A DNA stretch of 64,000 nucleotides from Eledone cirrhosa. Taxonomy: Eukaryota. Made by a program: the position numbers and the translations under genes. The notes below the pieces were generated by a model. It was not told the origin of the DNA, searched no databases, and was given only the letters and a program-made list of their open reading frames with translations. Shown here in pieces: positions 45,784 to 61,089 of this stretch; within the stretch, counting starts at the first letter, position 1, and the number at the start of each line of letters is the position of its first letter. The stretch is taken from assembly GCA_964016885.1 (NCBI GenBank), contig OZ024740.1, forward strand, positions 164,362,001-164,426,000. Direction: 5' to 3'.

Positions 45784-47850
45784 CAGAGTTTCCCAAACGT
45801 TTTCAGTCTGGCGCCCCCTCTTCCAATATACACATGCGAGCTTTTTTTTTCAAAGTGAAAACAACACTATTAAACACAAAATATGTATTTCAAAAATAAT
45901 TAATTTAATAAACCATTGTATTTGGTCTTCACAATTACCCCCAATATACACACATGCGAGCATTCTTTTGTTTGTTTCAAATTGAAAACAACAATATTAA
46001 ACACAAAATATGTATTGAAAAATACTAATTAATTTAATAAACCATTTTATTTAGTTTTCACAATTACTACTAATGGGATGGTTGTACTTGGTGTAGGGGT
46101 ATTAGTTTCTCCACACCAGGCTGGAACTCACTAAGAAGAAGTCGTAGATCCCCACGTTCAGTAATTTTAAGTCTGTTCCTTTGCTTGGAAAGAAGCAAGG
46201 CAACTGCACTGAAGTCCCGTTTTACCAAATATGATGTCGGAAAGGCAATAAAATATTTCTTCACCTTGTTCCATAATACTGGATAGAAGTCAGAGATTTT
46301 TTGGGGGATTGAAACTAATTCTTCCTCTGTCTCTCCTGTTTCCTCACTGCTGACATCTAAGAATGGATTGATTACCCGGTCTGGTATTTTAACCAATAAA
46401 ATATCCTGAAATCTTTCAGACATGTCTCTTTGCAACTCTTTCAGGTGAGCACAATACACTTGAAGGTCATCATCTGATATGCTCTTCTCTTTATCCAATT
46501 CTGAGAGACTTGGAAACTGGTGGAGTTCATGACAGGCTAAGTTTCGTTTGAATAACTTACAATTAGACAGGGAGGTGGAGATAGTAGATTTGACTTTGAT
46601 AAGGTTGACATCATTTCCTTGCAACTGCAAATTAATTTCATTGAACTTTGTGAATATATCTGACAAATAAGCAATGTCATCCTTGATGTTTTTAAGATCA
46701 TCACAGAGCCCAGAGTTAGAGTCTTGGAAAAATTCTACAACTGTATCAAACAGTGAATAGAAACGTTTCAGGAAGTTTTCCTTTGACAGCCATCTAACTT
46801 CTGTGTGTAGCAATAAACGTTCAAACTCTTCATCATTATCAATGCAAAGCTGTCGAAACAGTCTGGAATTGAGAGAATATGCCTTGATTTTATTCACCGC
46901 TGTGATAACAGTATTCATTGATTTGTGAAGTCGACCACTTAGGTTTTTTGCTACCAGATGCTGCCTGTGGATTACAGAGTGCACCGTAAGCACACCAGGT
47001 ACAGTTTCTTTTTCAAGAAACTGAAGAAGTCACGATGACGACCTATCATCGATGGTGCTCCGTCTGTTGCACAAGCAAGCATATTAGAAAGTGGGATGTT
47101 TTTCTCTTTGAAAGAATTCTCAACAACATTAAATACTGATTCTCCTTTAGTGTCTGTTTTAAGTTGTCTTGCAAATAACAGCTTTTGAACCAACTTTTCA
47201 TCTTTGATAAAACGAACACAAGCAATAAGCAAAGATTCATTTCCTGGTAGAGTGGACTCATCTAACTCAAAGCTAAATTCTGTTGCGGCAAGAATGTTGC
47301 ACAATGTTTCTTCAATGTTTTCAGCCATTTCATCTACTCTTCTTTGAACCGAGTTATCACTGAGAGGGATAGCTTTTATAATTTGGTCAGGTGACTTATG
47401 TAAAACTGTGTGCAGAACCTCTCTTATTGCAGGCAGAATAAGTTCCTCCCCAATCGTATGAGGCTTACCAGACCTAGCAATCAGCAAAGATATGTTGTAT
47501 GAAGCACGCAAACCGTCAGTGGATTGTTGTGAAGTGCTAGCAAACATATTTCCAATAGTGTTTCTTTTCTGGAACTTTTCTCGAAGTGACTAAAATATGC
47601 TATATCTTTGTCTGCTTTATTAGAGTGCATTTTTTGTCAAATGTTCCAAAAGTCTGGAAGGTTTCATGGCTTCGTTTGAAAACACTTTCTCACACAGCAG
47701 ACACGTAGGTTGCTGTTGGCTGTGTTGTGACTACAAATCCATATTTCAGATATTCCACACTATACTGCCTACACTTCTTTTTTGCTTGCTGTGGTGTTGC
47801 CATTCTTTATTCTGGAAAAGAAAAACATTTAATAACATGTGTGTATGTGT

Positions 47851-47886
<36 letters not shown>

Positions 47887-48085
47887 ATACGAGTTTTTCT
47901 ACCTTAGTGGCTGAGTCTATGACATATTTTGTCATTCAGATTTTGTAAAAAAAAGAAAAAAAGAAGCTATTTATTGTTTAAAATTTAAACAATAAATAGC
48001 TTGTTTTTTTCTTTTTTTTAATACTACACTGTCGCCCCCCAACCGCCTCCAGATATCAAAGCACCGCCCACTTTGGGAAACAATG
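45784..48085 (-). mobile_element. hAT superfamily (Charlie/Buster-like) DNA transposon, decayed
   Basis: Termini CAGAGTTTCCCAAA / TTTGGGAAACAATG flank a transposase pseudogene; no clear 8-bp TSD. Confidence 0.85.
46070..47803 (-). pseudogene. Buster-type hAT transposase, frameshifted
   Basis: MATPQQAKKKCRQYSVEYLKYGF, KPHTIGEELILP, LDESTL, CATDGAPSM, HTEVRWLS, FPTSYLV, RGDLRL. Confidence 0.88.
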
Positions 48086-50830
48086 AAATGAATTCAGATT
48101 TGGCATCTAAACAAATACACAAAAATGGTTGCCTTGTGGAAGGTTGTGCGATAGAATTGACCAGTCACCCTCTCATATATACTTTCTACGATATTGTACA
48201 ATAGTTTATTGTTATATAACAATTAAAAAAGAGAAACAAGAAATACCAAGATAATTTCAGCTTTAAAAACAGACTATGCATTATTGTAATTTCTATAGTT
48301 CATCAAATTGTAGTCAACGTTCAGGTTTTGTCTTTGCCATGTGGCATTCAACTGCTGCAGCAAAATTCATAGAATGATACGTTACCTCCCAAAATATGAA
48401 CTATCACTTTAAGAGTACATCCTCATTCATCACATTAAGTTGTGATTATTTGAGCCACATATATAGAGCTATGATGAATCCCAAATAACTGGTATACATT
48501 ATAATCGTTTCTCTAAAATACACATTTCTTAGATCACAGAAAAGGGGAAATATGAAAATTGTCAATCGGAAACTGAATGTTAAATGGATTATCACATGTA
48601 CGTATATTATAACCCGCAACTCCTGTTGGAGTTGTAGGTGCACAGTATTAACCTGGGGGAAACTATTCCTCTCCAAGTCTAATTATCACATACCAAAGTA
48701 GTCACAGAGAACTATAGGATCAGAGAAAACACCGAATTGAAAAACTTTATTGTATACTTTAAGTATCATACTTATAAAATCACAAGTGAATTCCATCACG
48801 AAATAACGTATCCCTGTCCAAGCGAAGTTACCCAACTTCAAGAAATTATTGTTTTGCTCAAAGAAAAAAAAATAGTTGAATATAGTAATTCGGAAATCAT
48901 TAGTTCCTTATAGTGAGGAGATATAGTCAGCTGAGGATGTTTAGAACTTATTCTTTTAATCCTGAAGGTGAAAAACTTTAAGTATACTGATTGAACTTAA
49001 ATTCAAAACATAGAAATTTGTCACTTAAAACGCAAAACGATATGACAGTTATGTTTCTCATAACTCATACCTTTTCACTTGTAAGCTACAGATAGGTTTC
49101 ATTGATATACCATTGGAATAAAATATTTTCTCTAACTCAATAGGTTTCAATGAGCCATTGCTTAAAACAAATTATCGCTCAATCGATCCCAGGAGCACAC
49201 TTTAGTCTACTGTAGGTAAACCCCCTGATTATTCTTCAGTTAGATTAGCTGATGCTTTGAAATTATTTTTCTACAGGTAAAAAAAAAACAAGTTTGTAGC
49301 AAGATATGAACTTACTTCCTGATAGGTTGCCAATCCATTTAAACATTCCTCTTCTATCTCTCCTCTCTACCTCGAGTTTATTGTCTAGACTTGATAAACA
49401 ATCAATATTTCTGGAAATACAGAATGGAATGAATTATAAGTTTCTTGGTTATCAACTCTTATTTTTCTTTCTTTTCTAGTTTTTCAATTCTCACTCACTA
49501 AACAAATATAATAAAAATAGCTTAGCTTCTTCTGAGTTGTTCCTCAAGGAATAAGTGATGAACGGTGAAGAAAGACACAGAAACAGAATTGAATAGAAAT
49601 AAATGCAGAAATTATGGGCTAAATGTTGACTCCAGAAATTGGTCGACAGAATCTCGCCAAGCAAGTTCGTTTCCCAATGGTTTTTCTCTCTTTTTCATGA
49701 AAAGTTATACAGAAACACATAAAGAAACCCATATAAACACACACAAACACAACGCATACACATAGAAATGCGCGCGTACACACACACACGCGCACACACA
49801 CACACACACATATATACAAACATACATGCATATTCAGATACTCTTACACGAACACCATTCTAATTGATTTAATGGTCACCTATGTTTCATAGCGAGTGAG
49901 GTCAACCAGAGAGAAAATGACGCTAGTATTCATCCAGCACTTGTGAATAACAACAATGCTTCTGACTTTTTGCTTGGCAGCCGCGGGGTTTCGATACCTT
50001 CCTATTATTTTGGCTTACTTCAAATGGCGTTTGACAAGGTCAATGTTCTTTGGTAACCTTGGTCGTCTTTCTCTGAGTGCAGGAGATAGTTTTCAATAAA
50101 GATGATGTATTGAATGAGGAATTAATACAAACACCAATCATATCCATAACACCTAGAGTTGACATATTTATTGCTCCTTTCTCCCCAGCGACACTGTTTG
50201 CAGCATCACACCCTCTCCCATAACTCCGTTCCAGAATATTGCTTCAGTTATTCAGGTGCCTCAGCCAGTGGCTACTGACGGGCGGATCGTGGTAAGAAGA
50301 CTAGCATTAGAGCAACCATTATATGTGCATTACCTGATTAGAGTGTTTTGTAAAAAGGAAAATGGGGAAAGGGAGAGTCACAGTACATGGATAGATAAAT
50401 AGAGAGGGGAGAGGGGGTTAAGAGAAAGCGATAGGGAGAGGAGAGTGAGAGAAAGATGAAGGATGGAATAAAGAATGAATGAAATCAGATTAATGAGTTT
50501 TCTTACTCTGGGCTTGAGAGAGAAAGCGGGTGAGTAAACGAGCGAATGTGCATCTCCGTGAGAGTCGGAGAGAAGGAGGGGGGAGGGAAAAAGAGAGGGA
50601 GAGTGAAAGAGAGAGAGAAATGGTATAAAGAGAAGGAACAAGATATTTGTTTTGATAGATACAGAGCGAGACGGAGAGAGAAAAGAAAAGAAAAGAATAT
50701 CCTCTCTACCCCAAATAGAATGATAACGTTAAATTGAAAGAGACATGATTTCAGGGAGTGAGGGATGAATGTAGAATCGTTCTATCTTTATTTCTTTCTC
50801 TCTCTCTCTCCCTGTCTCCCCCTCTTTCTC

Positions 50831-50888
<58 letters not shown>

Positions 50889-51367
50889 CGTGAGTGCGTG
50901 TGTATGTGTGTGTGTCAATGTGTGTATGTATGTGAGTATGTATGTGTATGTGTGCATGTGTTTGTGTTTGTGTTTGTGTGTGCATGTATGTTCTCACTCT
51001 TTCACAGAGTCGCTCACACACACATATACACACACACAAGAGCATTAGGGTTGTAGCTTGGAAGAGAAAACAAGAAACAGTGAAAGTGATTTAGTTAGAA
51101 AAAGAGAGGTCTTCTATTTCATGTATATGGTAGTGTATGAGACACAGAAAGAGTCAGAAAGATTTATTTGGAAGAAAACACAATGACACACACGCACACG
51201 CACACACACACACGCGCGCGCGCATAGACACTTGTGTATGTGTATTATACTATATATGTCTAAATAAATCTTTATCTGATTTTCTCAAACTTCTCTGATT
51301 CTCACACCACACTATATATGATGTGCCCTTTATGTCGAACCAAATTACCCGTATAAGCAGGCACAGG

Positions 51368-51427
<60 letters not shown>

Positions 51428-51446
51428 AATATATATATATATAGTT

Positions 51447-51541
<95 letters not shown>

Positions 51542-51685
51542 TATATATATATTTATGTAGATAAATCTACCAAAATATACGGTAGTGTCCAATCCGTATG
51601 AAGAACTCAATGTAATCCAAATATCATGAAAAGAAGAGATGTATTCAACAATTTTTTCGATGAAAATCACAGGAAAACAGAGTCA

Positions 51686-52062
51686 AGATAAATTAATAAA
51701 AACAATGAATAAAAACAAAGAAACAGTTCCTTATATTAACAAATTCATCATTTTACGATCGTTTCTAGGATATATATGTTTGTCATATAGATCTATGTAA
51801 AAATTTTACAAACTATCAGAGGGAATATACATACCTACACATATATATATGCTGTCTTCAGAAATAATTATTTCTGAAGACAGCATATATATGTGTAGGT
51901 ATGTATATTCCCTCTGATAGTTTGTAAAATGTTTACATAGATATATATGATATACATACCAACACACACATATATATCCTAGAAACGATCGTAAAATGAT
52001 GAATTTTTTTAATATAAGGAACTGTTTCTTTGTTGTTATTCATTGTTTTTATTAATTTATCT
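51686..52062. repeat. Imperfect zero-spacer palindrome, ~180-190-bp arms
   Basis: Centre GAAATAA|TTATTTC at 51861-51874; arms differ by several substitutions and an indel. Confidence 0.9.
51870..51997 (+). ncRNA. Type I hammerhead with ~100-nt hairpin stem II (mirror at 51750-51865, minus)
   Basis: ATTT-CTGAAGA-[101 nt, self-complementary]-GAAA-CGATCG-TA-AAAT. Confidence 0.65.
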
Positions 52063-53303
52063 ATATTATTAATTTATATATATGCAGAATATTCATAGAT
52101 AAAAGGGCAAGGAAAACAAAACAATTCTTAGTCTAGTCTAGTACATGATGCATATTTAGTTTATTGGGGGATACCATTCTATAGTGGAGGAGCCGTTCTA
52201 AATCTGGCGTCAGTATTATGCCCCTGCGCCAGACGAGGAACGCCAGTTTTAGAACGGCTCCTCTTCTATACAGTGGTGGCCATAACTGGAACACAAAAGG
52301 CCACGCACACAATCTAAGAGTATGAAATTTTATATATCTTCATATATATATATATATATATATAAACATGAGAAGAAAGAAGAATACTGCGTGGTTGCAC
52401 ATGGGTTACATATGATAAAAATAGTCAGTGATTTTCCAACCTTCATTGGTATTTCATCGCATTAAAAATCATATACCTCAGGTTGGTGCGAGCAATAGCT
52501 AAATAAAGCTATTGGGACAAGTAAATCGCGTAAAGCGAGTGAGACAAGTAAACAACATAGAAGGATGAAAGCAACGCAAAGATAGGAATAAACAAGCAAC
52601 ATGGTTATTCGATCAGCATAAACTGGGTGGATTTCATGAGCGATCGAGATACAGACCGTCCGACGTGAGTGAGATGTGAGCAAGAAGAGAACCCACTACA
52701 AGCGAAACGGGAGGAAGTGAGAAGGGAGAAACAGAGAGTGAGTGAGTAGAAATGCGAGGAAGAGGTCAGTCGAGAGAAAGTGTAACTGACAGAGGGGGCG
52801 AAAGAAGGTGAGAGAAACAGAGAGAACGGGGAAGCAGTAAGAGAGAAACAGACAAACGCAGCCGAGGTAATAAACAAGCAACATGGTTATCCATATATAT
52901 ATAATATACATATATATATATACATATGACCGTTATAGTTCCAATCAGTTTACTAACACCCAGGAAAAACCTTAAGCCGAATGCCTAACCAAACTCTACT
53001 TACCCTCCAATTTCAGCAAATCAAACGCAGATCACCTATCTTCCCAAACCCGGCATACGTGATACGCCTAATGTATTTCGAGATTTAGCTTGCCTGCTAT
53101 AAGGATGTATCTTGTAGGAGGTTTCCTGGGTAAATCTTTAACAATATTATCATTATCTCTGTGATATTAAAAAAAAAATCGAAAGAGACCTCTGAAAACA
53201 CAAGTGGTGGAGGTTTCAGTGCTAATGGTGGTTGAGCATAAGTCAGGTATTCTTAAGAAGCGAATGGAAGGTTATGGATAAGGTGTAGTCTTCATGGGTT
53301 TTG

Positions 53304-53345
<42 letters not shown>

Positions 53346-53448
53346 TTACTTTTACATGCAAGCTTAGGGAGGTGTGAGCGTATGTAGAATGGGAAATATT
53401 GCTATTTTTATTTGAAGATAATATATATATATATATCATACACACACG

Positions 53449-53534
<86 letters not shown>

Positions 53535-53590
53535 TATAGAGAAAGAGAGAGTGAGAGAGAGAGTGAGGGAGGGAGAGAGAGAGAGAGTGG

Positions 53591-53631
<41 letters not shown>

Positions 53632-54974
53632 AGAGAGAGAGAGAAAGAATGTGTTTGACAAAGACGAGAGAGAGAGATGGGAGATACTTAGTTAGAGAAT
53701 GAGAAAGAAAAAGAAAAGTTATATGTCAAACATAAATTAATACAAAATATAAAAGAAAGAAAGCAGAAATAAATAGGCAGGTATTATTGTAAAGGAAAAG
53801 ATGTAATGGAGAAAGTCGGTCGGGAGATGGAGATAGAGTCATACGATAAAGAAATACGTAAGATTATAGGGGAGAGAGCAAAAGAGTAAAACGTGAACGC
53901 AGTGGTGGGAGTAAGTCGAAGAATGAACGAGGTTTAGAGAGGAAAATGCTAGAAAGAGAAGGAACAGCGAGAGAAGATTAGAGATGCAGAGTAAAAGGTT
54001 ATCAATTACATTAGCTATATCTTAGACACCGATCATATATAAATAAAAATAAATTTCGAAATGATTTGATTCTGTTCTTCTAATCGATGGGAAATGTTTA
54101 AGCTGTCCTGGAAGCATGGAATTAACATTGATGGAACCACATTCCTGAACTATTTCCAAAAAGTCCCTTAAACATGAAAAATAAGCCAAAACAAAACCGT
54201 ACTGTTAACGATCAAATGTCTATTGATATTTTGTTGATTATGACAAGTCAATGACTCAGTGGTCATACATTCTATTCTATCCCTTTTCATACCAACCTGC
54301 CCCAAACCGCCTCTCGTTTTGTTAAACAAAACCGCCAATTTTAAAGGATCCCTATTGAAACTTTCCAATATTCTTTTAATATATTAAGCTTTTGTTAAGT
54401 CATACCATCTTAATGTAATATAGGTTTAATAGATATTTCCACATTCTTCAATAATTAATTGAATACAGATTATTTCAATAGAAATATAGTTATATATATA
54501 TATATTAAATTGCTGTATCACGGTTTGCATTGGTGGGCTTTGATAACATGCGAAACAGAGCTATTGTTCATCTCTATTTTTTTTTTGGGGGGGGGGGGGG
54601 TTTCTTTCGTGGAGACAAATGACTGAGGTATATATATAGTGAATACACTTATCTCACCTGTAACGTCACAGAACTGTGTATATAAACAAGATATTTAACC
54701 CTCCTGTAATATGATAAGAAGTTTATATATTGACAAGACACAGTAATCTCCACATAGCTGTGTACATAGCCAATGCACAACTCTCCTGTAACTTCCACAA
54801 AACAAAATTTATGCAGTCCTAACCCGACAAAAATATGTTCATACAATGCTCTAGCCCTCAAGGACACCGTGTTGCACCAGGTGATGCAATAGAAACTCGC
54901 AAGAAACTGACGAAGATACAACGACAACAACAACAACAATAATAATAATAATATTAATAGTAATAATAATCGCA

Positions 54975-55560
54975 TTAAAACTCTCAATCGTTAATGAAAT
55001 CAACTATATAAAATATGGAGACATAAAAACAAAATCTGAAAACAAAGAACGCCTAAATCACCATTAAATCCCCACAAATGCAGCGTTGTGAAAAAAGGCA
55101 GCGATTCTATGAACAGAGCAAATAGTTTGACTACAATTGAATTGATTTTAAAGTAGATATTACTAAAATAAAACTAAAAACAGCGCCAACAGCAAGATAT
55201 TTATTAGGAATTTGAGGAATAGTAAGAACAAGGAGTAATAACAACGCAAGAACCTCAGGCGCTAGACAAATTTAGCAACTGGAAAGCACCAGGAAGTGAG
55301 GAAGTTTCAAGCCTCTCGTTAAAATAACAGGTACTCACAAAATGCTCGCTAAAATATTCAATATTTCATTGAACCGTTCACCAATGAGAAAACAATTTTA
55401 ATACTTAATATTAGAGAAACAAAAAATACGACAAACAACAGACTCACAACCGAGATCCCTACAGTATACAGAATCTCAACAACAATAATAGAAAGGAAAC
55501 TGCAAATGCGCACAAGGGCATATCTATAAATACAGGGTAGAAGGCAGAAGGGTATGTAGA
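54975..55560 (+). mobile_element. Highly decayed R4/Dong-like remnant next to an (AAC)/(AAT) tract
   Basis: DKFSNWKAPGSEEV (cf. KLTNWKSPGPDGV) at ~55265 and a weak EGGRG-like stretch at ~55535. Confidence 0.4.
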
Positions 55561-56138
55561 TGTCATATATTGACAGCGAACCACAGCCGTGAAATCTAGA
55601 AATATTAACTATAATTAAGTTAGCTGCACGAGGTATACCAATTATTTCATGAGCAAATGCCAGAGAGCTCTACATAACTTAATATAAACAAACACGCAAT
55701 TACAAAATCCAAATCTCATCTGTATTAGAAAAGATAAATTCTTAGGTAACTCATTTCCTCATTTCCCCTTTCGCCTGATATTAACACATTTAACCAGCAT
55801 GTTAAACTGGACTTGATACAAATAAAAATAGCATGAGTGAACAAATTGATTAGAGACCAACCGATGTGCCGCATGAGGTGAAAAATGTGGTTATATTTGT
55901 TCGACAACCTCAGCTAACACCTAGGCCAAAATATTAAAATCTGCATGAAGCATAGTTATGAGTAGGACATTATCCATTATATTTCTCTCGTTGGGCGTTC
56001 GATGAAGTCTGCTGGAAAGTCGACGGAATGCTTCGTGACACACACTTGCTTCGTGACACACTCTGCTTTAATCTTTTTGTTTAGATTTGAGGCGATGTTT
56101 ATATATATATATATGCTGCTCTCACCCTTAACGGGATG

Positions 56139-56207
<69 letters not shown>

Positions 56208-56274
56208 AATATATATATATATATATATATTTTAATATATATTTACATTTTAATATATATATATATATATTTTA

Positions 56275-56366
<92 letters not shown>

Positions 56367-56522
56367 TAAAATAACATCCCGATAAGGGTGAAAGCAGCGA
56401 TTCTTTGCTTAAACTTTAATCTTTTATTTTAATAAATATTTGCTCTACGGTTCTTATATATTTGATATATATTTATCCTTATCGAGCCCTCTTTGGATTT
56501 TAGTCTTCAAATTTATTATTAT

Positions 56523-56583
<61 letters not shown>

Positions 56584-56591
56584 TACATATA

Positions 56592-56760
56592 TATACAATG
56601 ATATTAAATAAATGGAAACTATATTTATAAAACCATATTTATTCTATTCATATTTCAAGGGTACCAAATTTTGGTACGCTATCATCAGATAAAATACGAA
56701 GTGTGTTTTATAAATATGGTTTTATAAATATAGTTTCCATTTATTTAATATCATTGTATA
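56592..56760. repeat. Inverted repeat, ~50-bp arms, enclosing a hammerhead core
   Basis: TATACAATGATATTAAATAAATGGAAAC... mirrored. Confidence 0.85.
56641..56692 (-). ncRNA. Hammerhead core with weak stem I
   Basis: Minus strand CTGATGA-tagcGTACCAAaatTTGGTACcctt-GAAA-tatgaa-TA. Confidence 0.5.
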
Positions 56761-56850
56761 TTATACTCCAGAAAAAACTGTTGAGTGCTCTGAATCAGTT
56801 ATAAACATTTATATTTGTTGAATTACCAACAAATTGAATATCCCTTCTGC

Positions 56851-56948
<98 letters not shown>

Positions 56949-59430
56949 CAGTGTGTTGTTGCTGTGGACACAATATGGCCACACAGTCCAGGAACAAACG
57001 TCACAATCATTAGATCCTGGCTTCGATCTTGGCATCGTGGGTTAGTATCATATCGATCTATGCCTTGTGAGTGGACTTGGGTAGAGAGAAATTGTTTGAA
57101 GGACCGTCAAATTGACTGTACCTCTAATTCAAATAACCACCTTTGTTACACTGTCATGTTGAGTCTCCTTGAGAATTACGTGTATGTGAAATAGTCAGCC
57201 ATTTTCACCTTAATTTCATTACTAGGTTGTTCCATTCATCGATGAACTGGAACACTCGCCGTTAACATTTAGACAAGTCTATTCTATTCGTACCCTTGCT
57301 ATTAATCTTGTTCTTGTTGTTGTTCAACCACTCCTCAGTATCGCTAACTTCACCAACATTTGTTTCAATATACTGAAATTATCGTTATTTTCTTCTAGTA
57401 TATTAGTATTATATTTAATTATATTTCGCTTCGTTTAGGTTTTATGTATAAACGGGCTTTTACTGGCTTAGGAGCTAATGTTTTAAATATCATGGAACTC
57501 GAAAACCAGTTCCCAATAGGTCTTTTCGTTTCATAAATATGAAATTTCAAAATGAAATTCAATCTTACCTGTAAAGTAAGATTAAAAACAATTAAAACAG
57601 ATAAAAATCAATTTAATTTAAAAAAACATAATCACATAAAGTAAATCACAATAGCGTATTATCATAAGAAACATAACAAAAATAATAAAAATAGTAATAA
57701 GAAAAAGCAAAATTAAAAACATTTCAACTTAGAGCGAATAAGAGAGAAGCCAACTTTTCTCATATTGCGAATTGGCAGCAATAATTTCAAATTATAAATG
57801 TGTATTTAAAGAGAGAAAAATGCTTTAACGAAGTGAATTTATTGTTAAAATTAATTATAAATGCGATTTTTTTTAAAAATAAAAAAGCAAATTTTCACAG
57901 GTTCAGATTTGACAAAGAAAGAAAACAATAGAAGAAACAATAGGAATGTCAGAAATTGAAAACTAAAGAGAAAAACAAAAATATATAAAAATAAGAGAAT
58001 GAAAGGAAATAAATGGTAAAAAATTATGCCTGATCGAAAATTAAACACAATGAGAGTAGACAACGTAATTGAACAAAGAAGCACTGAATATGAAGATCGG
58101 AAATGTCATTTTAAAAATGTTGAACCAACATTCAACGATATGGATGCAAATCAGTTACTTCCCCTCTCTTTAATACATATCGTTTGCTTCAGTCATTATC
58201 TTCAATTTGTGCCGGTTGACATTTTGCCCTTAAGACAGCATTTTTCAATTCGAGAAGAATTAGCAAGAATCGCACTACCGACTTCTTTTTGCAAATGAAT
58301 TATATGAGTTTATCCGACCAGTACTTGAAAAATGTCTGCCTGTAACAATTTCTATAGAGAAAGGACAACATTAGACTATAGTTCATTGCAGGCTTTTATT
58401 GAGAATGATTCATCTCGAATTTATCAACGGATGCCATTTTGTTGCAAGTGATGTTAGAAATAGCGATGACCAAAAGTACAGCGTGGCCACACACATACAT
58501 ACACGTATGTGTGTGTGTGTGGGTGTGTATGTGTATGTGTGTGTGTGTTTGGGCGTGAATGCACGTGTATGTGTGTACATTCACGTGTGTGCACGTGTGT
58601 GTACACGTGTGTAAGAGAGTGCTATAGGCGCTGACGCATTTGTGGAGTGATGAGAATGTTAGTGGTCATATTCTGGGCGTTGTTTGGTATTAGAGTAGTT
58701 GATAGTGGTTGGAAGAAAGTGCCAAAATAGTTTTGATGGTCGTGTTTTTGATGGTGGAAGTGGCTATGATCATGTACATTTAGAAGTCGTATCGTTGGTA
58801 AGGATGACAAATGAACATCGTTTTTGTATACGTGGTAGTTGTGTTTATAAAATCTCGGTAAGTTGATAGATATTGCATTATCATTGATTTCATTTTAGTT
58901 GTTATATCTGATGTTACATTTTTTGTAGCTATTGCTGGTGGTGCTGCTGGAACTGGTGCTGCTGCTGTTTTTGTTGGTGGTAGATGTGGTGATGGTAGAA
59001 GTACCGGCGAAGTCATTTGATTATGCATTGGTGTTAATATTAATCTATAATATTATTCTACTTGGGTTTACGTATGCAATATTTTAACTAGAGAAAGAAA
59101 TGCAAGAAATAATCCATTACACGCCTAAAATTTATATTCGTAAGGCAATTGACTGATAAATTGTTGAATGAAACCCAAGATATCTATTATAGAGGCAACT
59201 TTTACGTGATTTTATTATTCGTAAAACAATTGACTGATAAATGACTATTTTAAATCAAGTGTTATCTGGATGGATGGACCCATAACTACAGTTCAAGTCG
59301 TGGGGGCATTGTAGATACTCGTGGTGTGTCCTGGGCATTTTAAACCTAGTGGAGCTCAACACATCTCTAGCTCTGAACACAGTCGTTTCCTTCCAAAAGA
59401 GGAGGAGCTGAAGAAAGATGAGGAAAAGTG

Positions 59431-59492
<62 letters not shown>

Positions 59493-59646
59493 AACAAAGT
59501 TGAGCTTGGCGGAAGAGAGAATATATTACATCGTACTAGAAATATAGCAGAACAATATAAATAATTTACATTTTCGATTTCGTTCCATCGTTAAAATTGT
59601 TTAATTCTTGATGTGAAGATAAAATAATAGATAGCACTCTTCAAAT

Positions 59647-59766
59647 TGGCGCATGGCTTAGAGGTTAGAGTATTGGGCTTGAAATCAAAAGGTTGTGAGT
59701 TCAATTCTCGGACCGGGTGATGTGTTGTTTCCTTGAGGAAGACACTTTATTTCACGTTGCTCCAGT
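59647..59766 (+). mobile_element. Second tRNA-derived SINE family (CORE-like body), partial
   Basis: A box TGGCTTAGAGG, B box GTTCAATTC, then TGTTTCCTTGAGGAAGACACTT. Confidence 0.7.
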
Positions 59767-61089
59767 TTAGAAATGAGATGATAGGACTGGGGTCCCTATC
59801 ATTAAATTACCTAAGACACTTCCAGCGAGATATACCTTGGAGGTGGCCAGCTAATTCTGCAAATTAGAAGAGTTGGCAAGTATATAATTATAAACATATT
59901 CATCAAAGATGTTTTGTTAAACAATTACACCTTTGATATTATCTATATGAACTTTAAATTACTCCAGGAGTCAAAATACAATTTCGAATGAATATCATGT
60001 ATTTCATTGTTCTCTATAAACTTCAATCAATGTTACAGTTTTCAGAATAACTATAATATGTTCACGGGAAATAATGATTCTTTACGCTAGCACCATGTAA
60101 TAAATTGTGATGAACTTTTCAATGGAGTTGTTCCCTTCATTTAATCAGTTACACAATATGATTGGTATTTATTTTATTAACCTTGAAGATAAAAAAAACT
60201 CCTGTATCACATCGGTTCCATTATTTGATAGACAATTAGATTGTTGAACCTTAAAGGATGGGAGAAGTACACATTACCAACATCTAAACTCACAACATAC
60301 AAAAATGTAAAGAAATACGCCCAAGCATTCTATATGGTACACTACAAATATACCAACCAATGATATTGAGTAATCTGTAACATTCACACAATGATTGCAA
60401 TTTTACGAAATGCTCTTATCTCTTATATCAGTATAAGTACGTGACGCGAAAAGAGGAAAGGCAAAATCAGTCATGGCAGCATTTGAATTTAGAACGTTGA
60501 GGGACGTAATCAATTACTGTAAGTTATACTACAATTTTTGACTTCAAAGTCGCTACAAAATTTAAGCCTCACCATCACAGAAGATCTAACCCTAACAAAG
60601 ATGGCTTTAGAATGACTGTTCTTTCTCTGTGTGGTCATAAAATATTTCAGCTTTCAACAGCCCTTTAAAAATTTCAGGTGAAAACCCCAACGAAGTACCT
60701 CTCCCAGATATTTCTTGCTGGAGTACTGACCCATTGGGATTCCCCCACTTCCTGTTTGTTTCTACTGCCGTTAACTTACAACTATCCAAATGAATATTAG
60801 ATGTGTCGATTTCACTTGTCGTAGAGAGCCTGTGCAGGCATATGGTTCCGCCAATCTTCCAAACCAAGTCGATAAAAAAAGATTCTTACTACAATTTCAA
60901 ACAGAGTCTGTGGAACATTGGAACATCTATATCCATCGATTTAATTAATCACGGTATTCAACTAGTTAGTAAATATTCTGTCGATATCGGAAAGATAAAC
61001 GGTAATGTTGATCCTGGTGAAATTTGAACTGAAAAGAAAAGTAGATATAAGAAAAGACACACGGTATCTGCCAATAAAACATTCTAAAA

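Noticed and set aside
46070-47803. Domesticated ZBED/SCAND3-like host gene
   Set aside because: Frameshifts, stops and retained TIRs indicate a dead transposon.
59647-59720. tRNA gene
   Set aside because: Has A and B boxes but no closed cloverleaf, and continues into a SINE body.
60607-60867. Possible host exon (86 aa, minus strand)
   Set aside because: No recognisable domain, an in-frame stop just upstream and no convincing acceptor.
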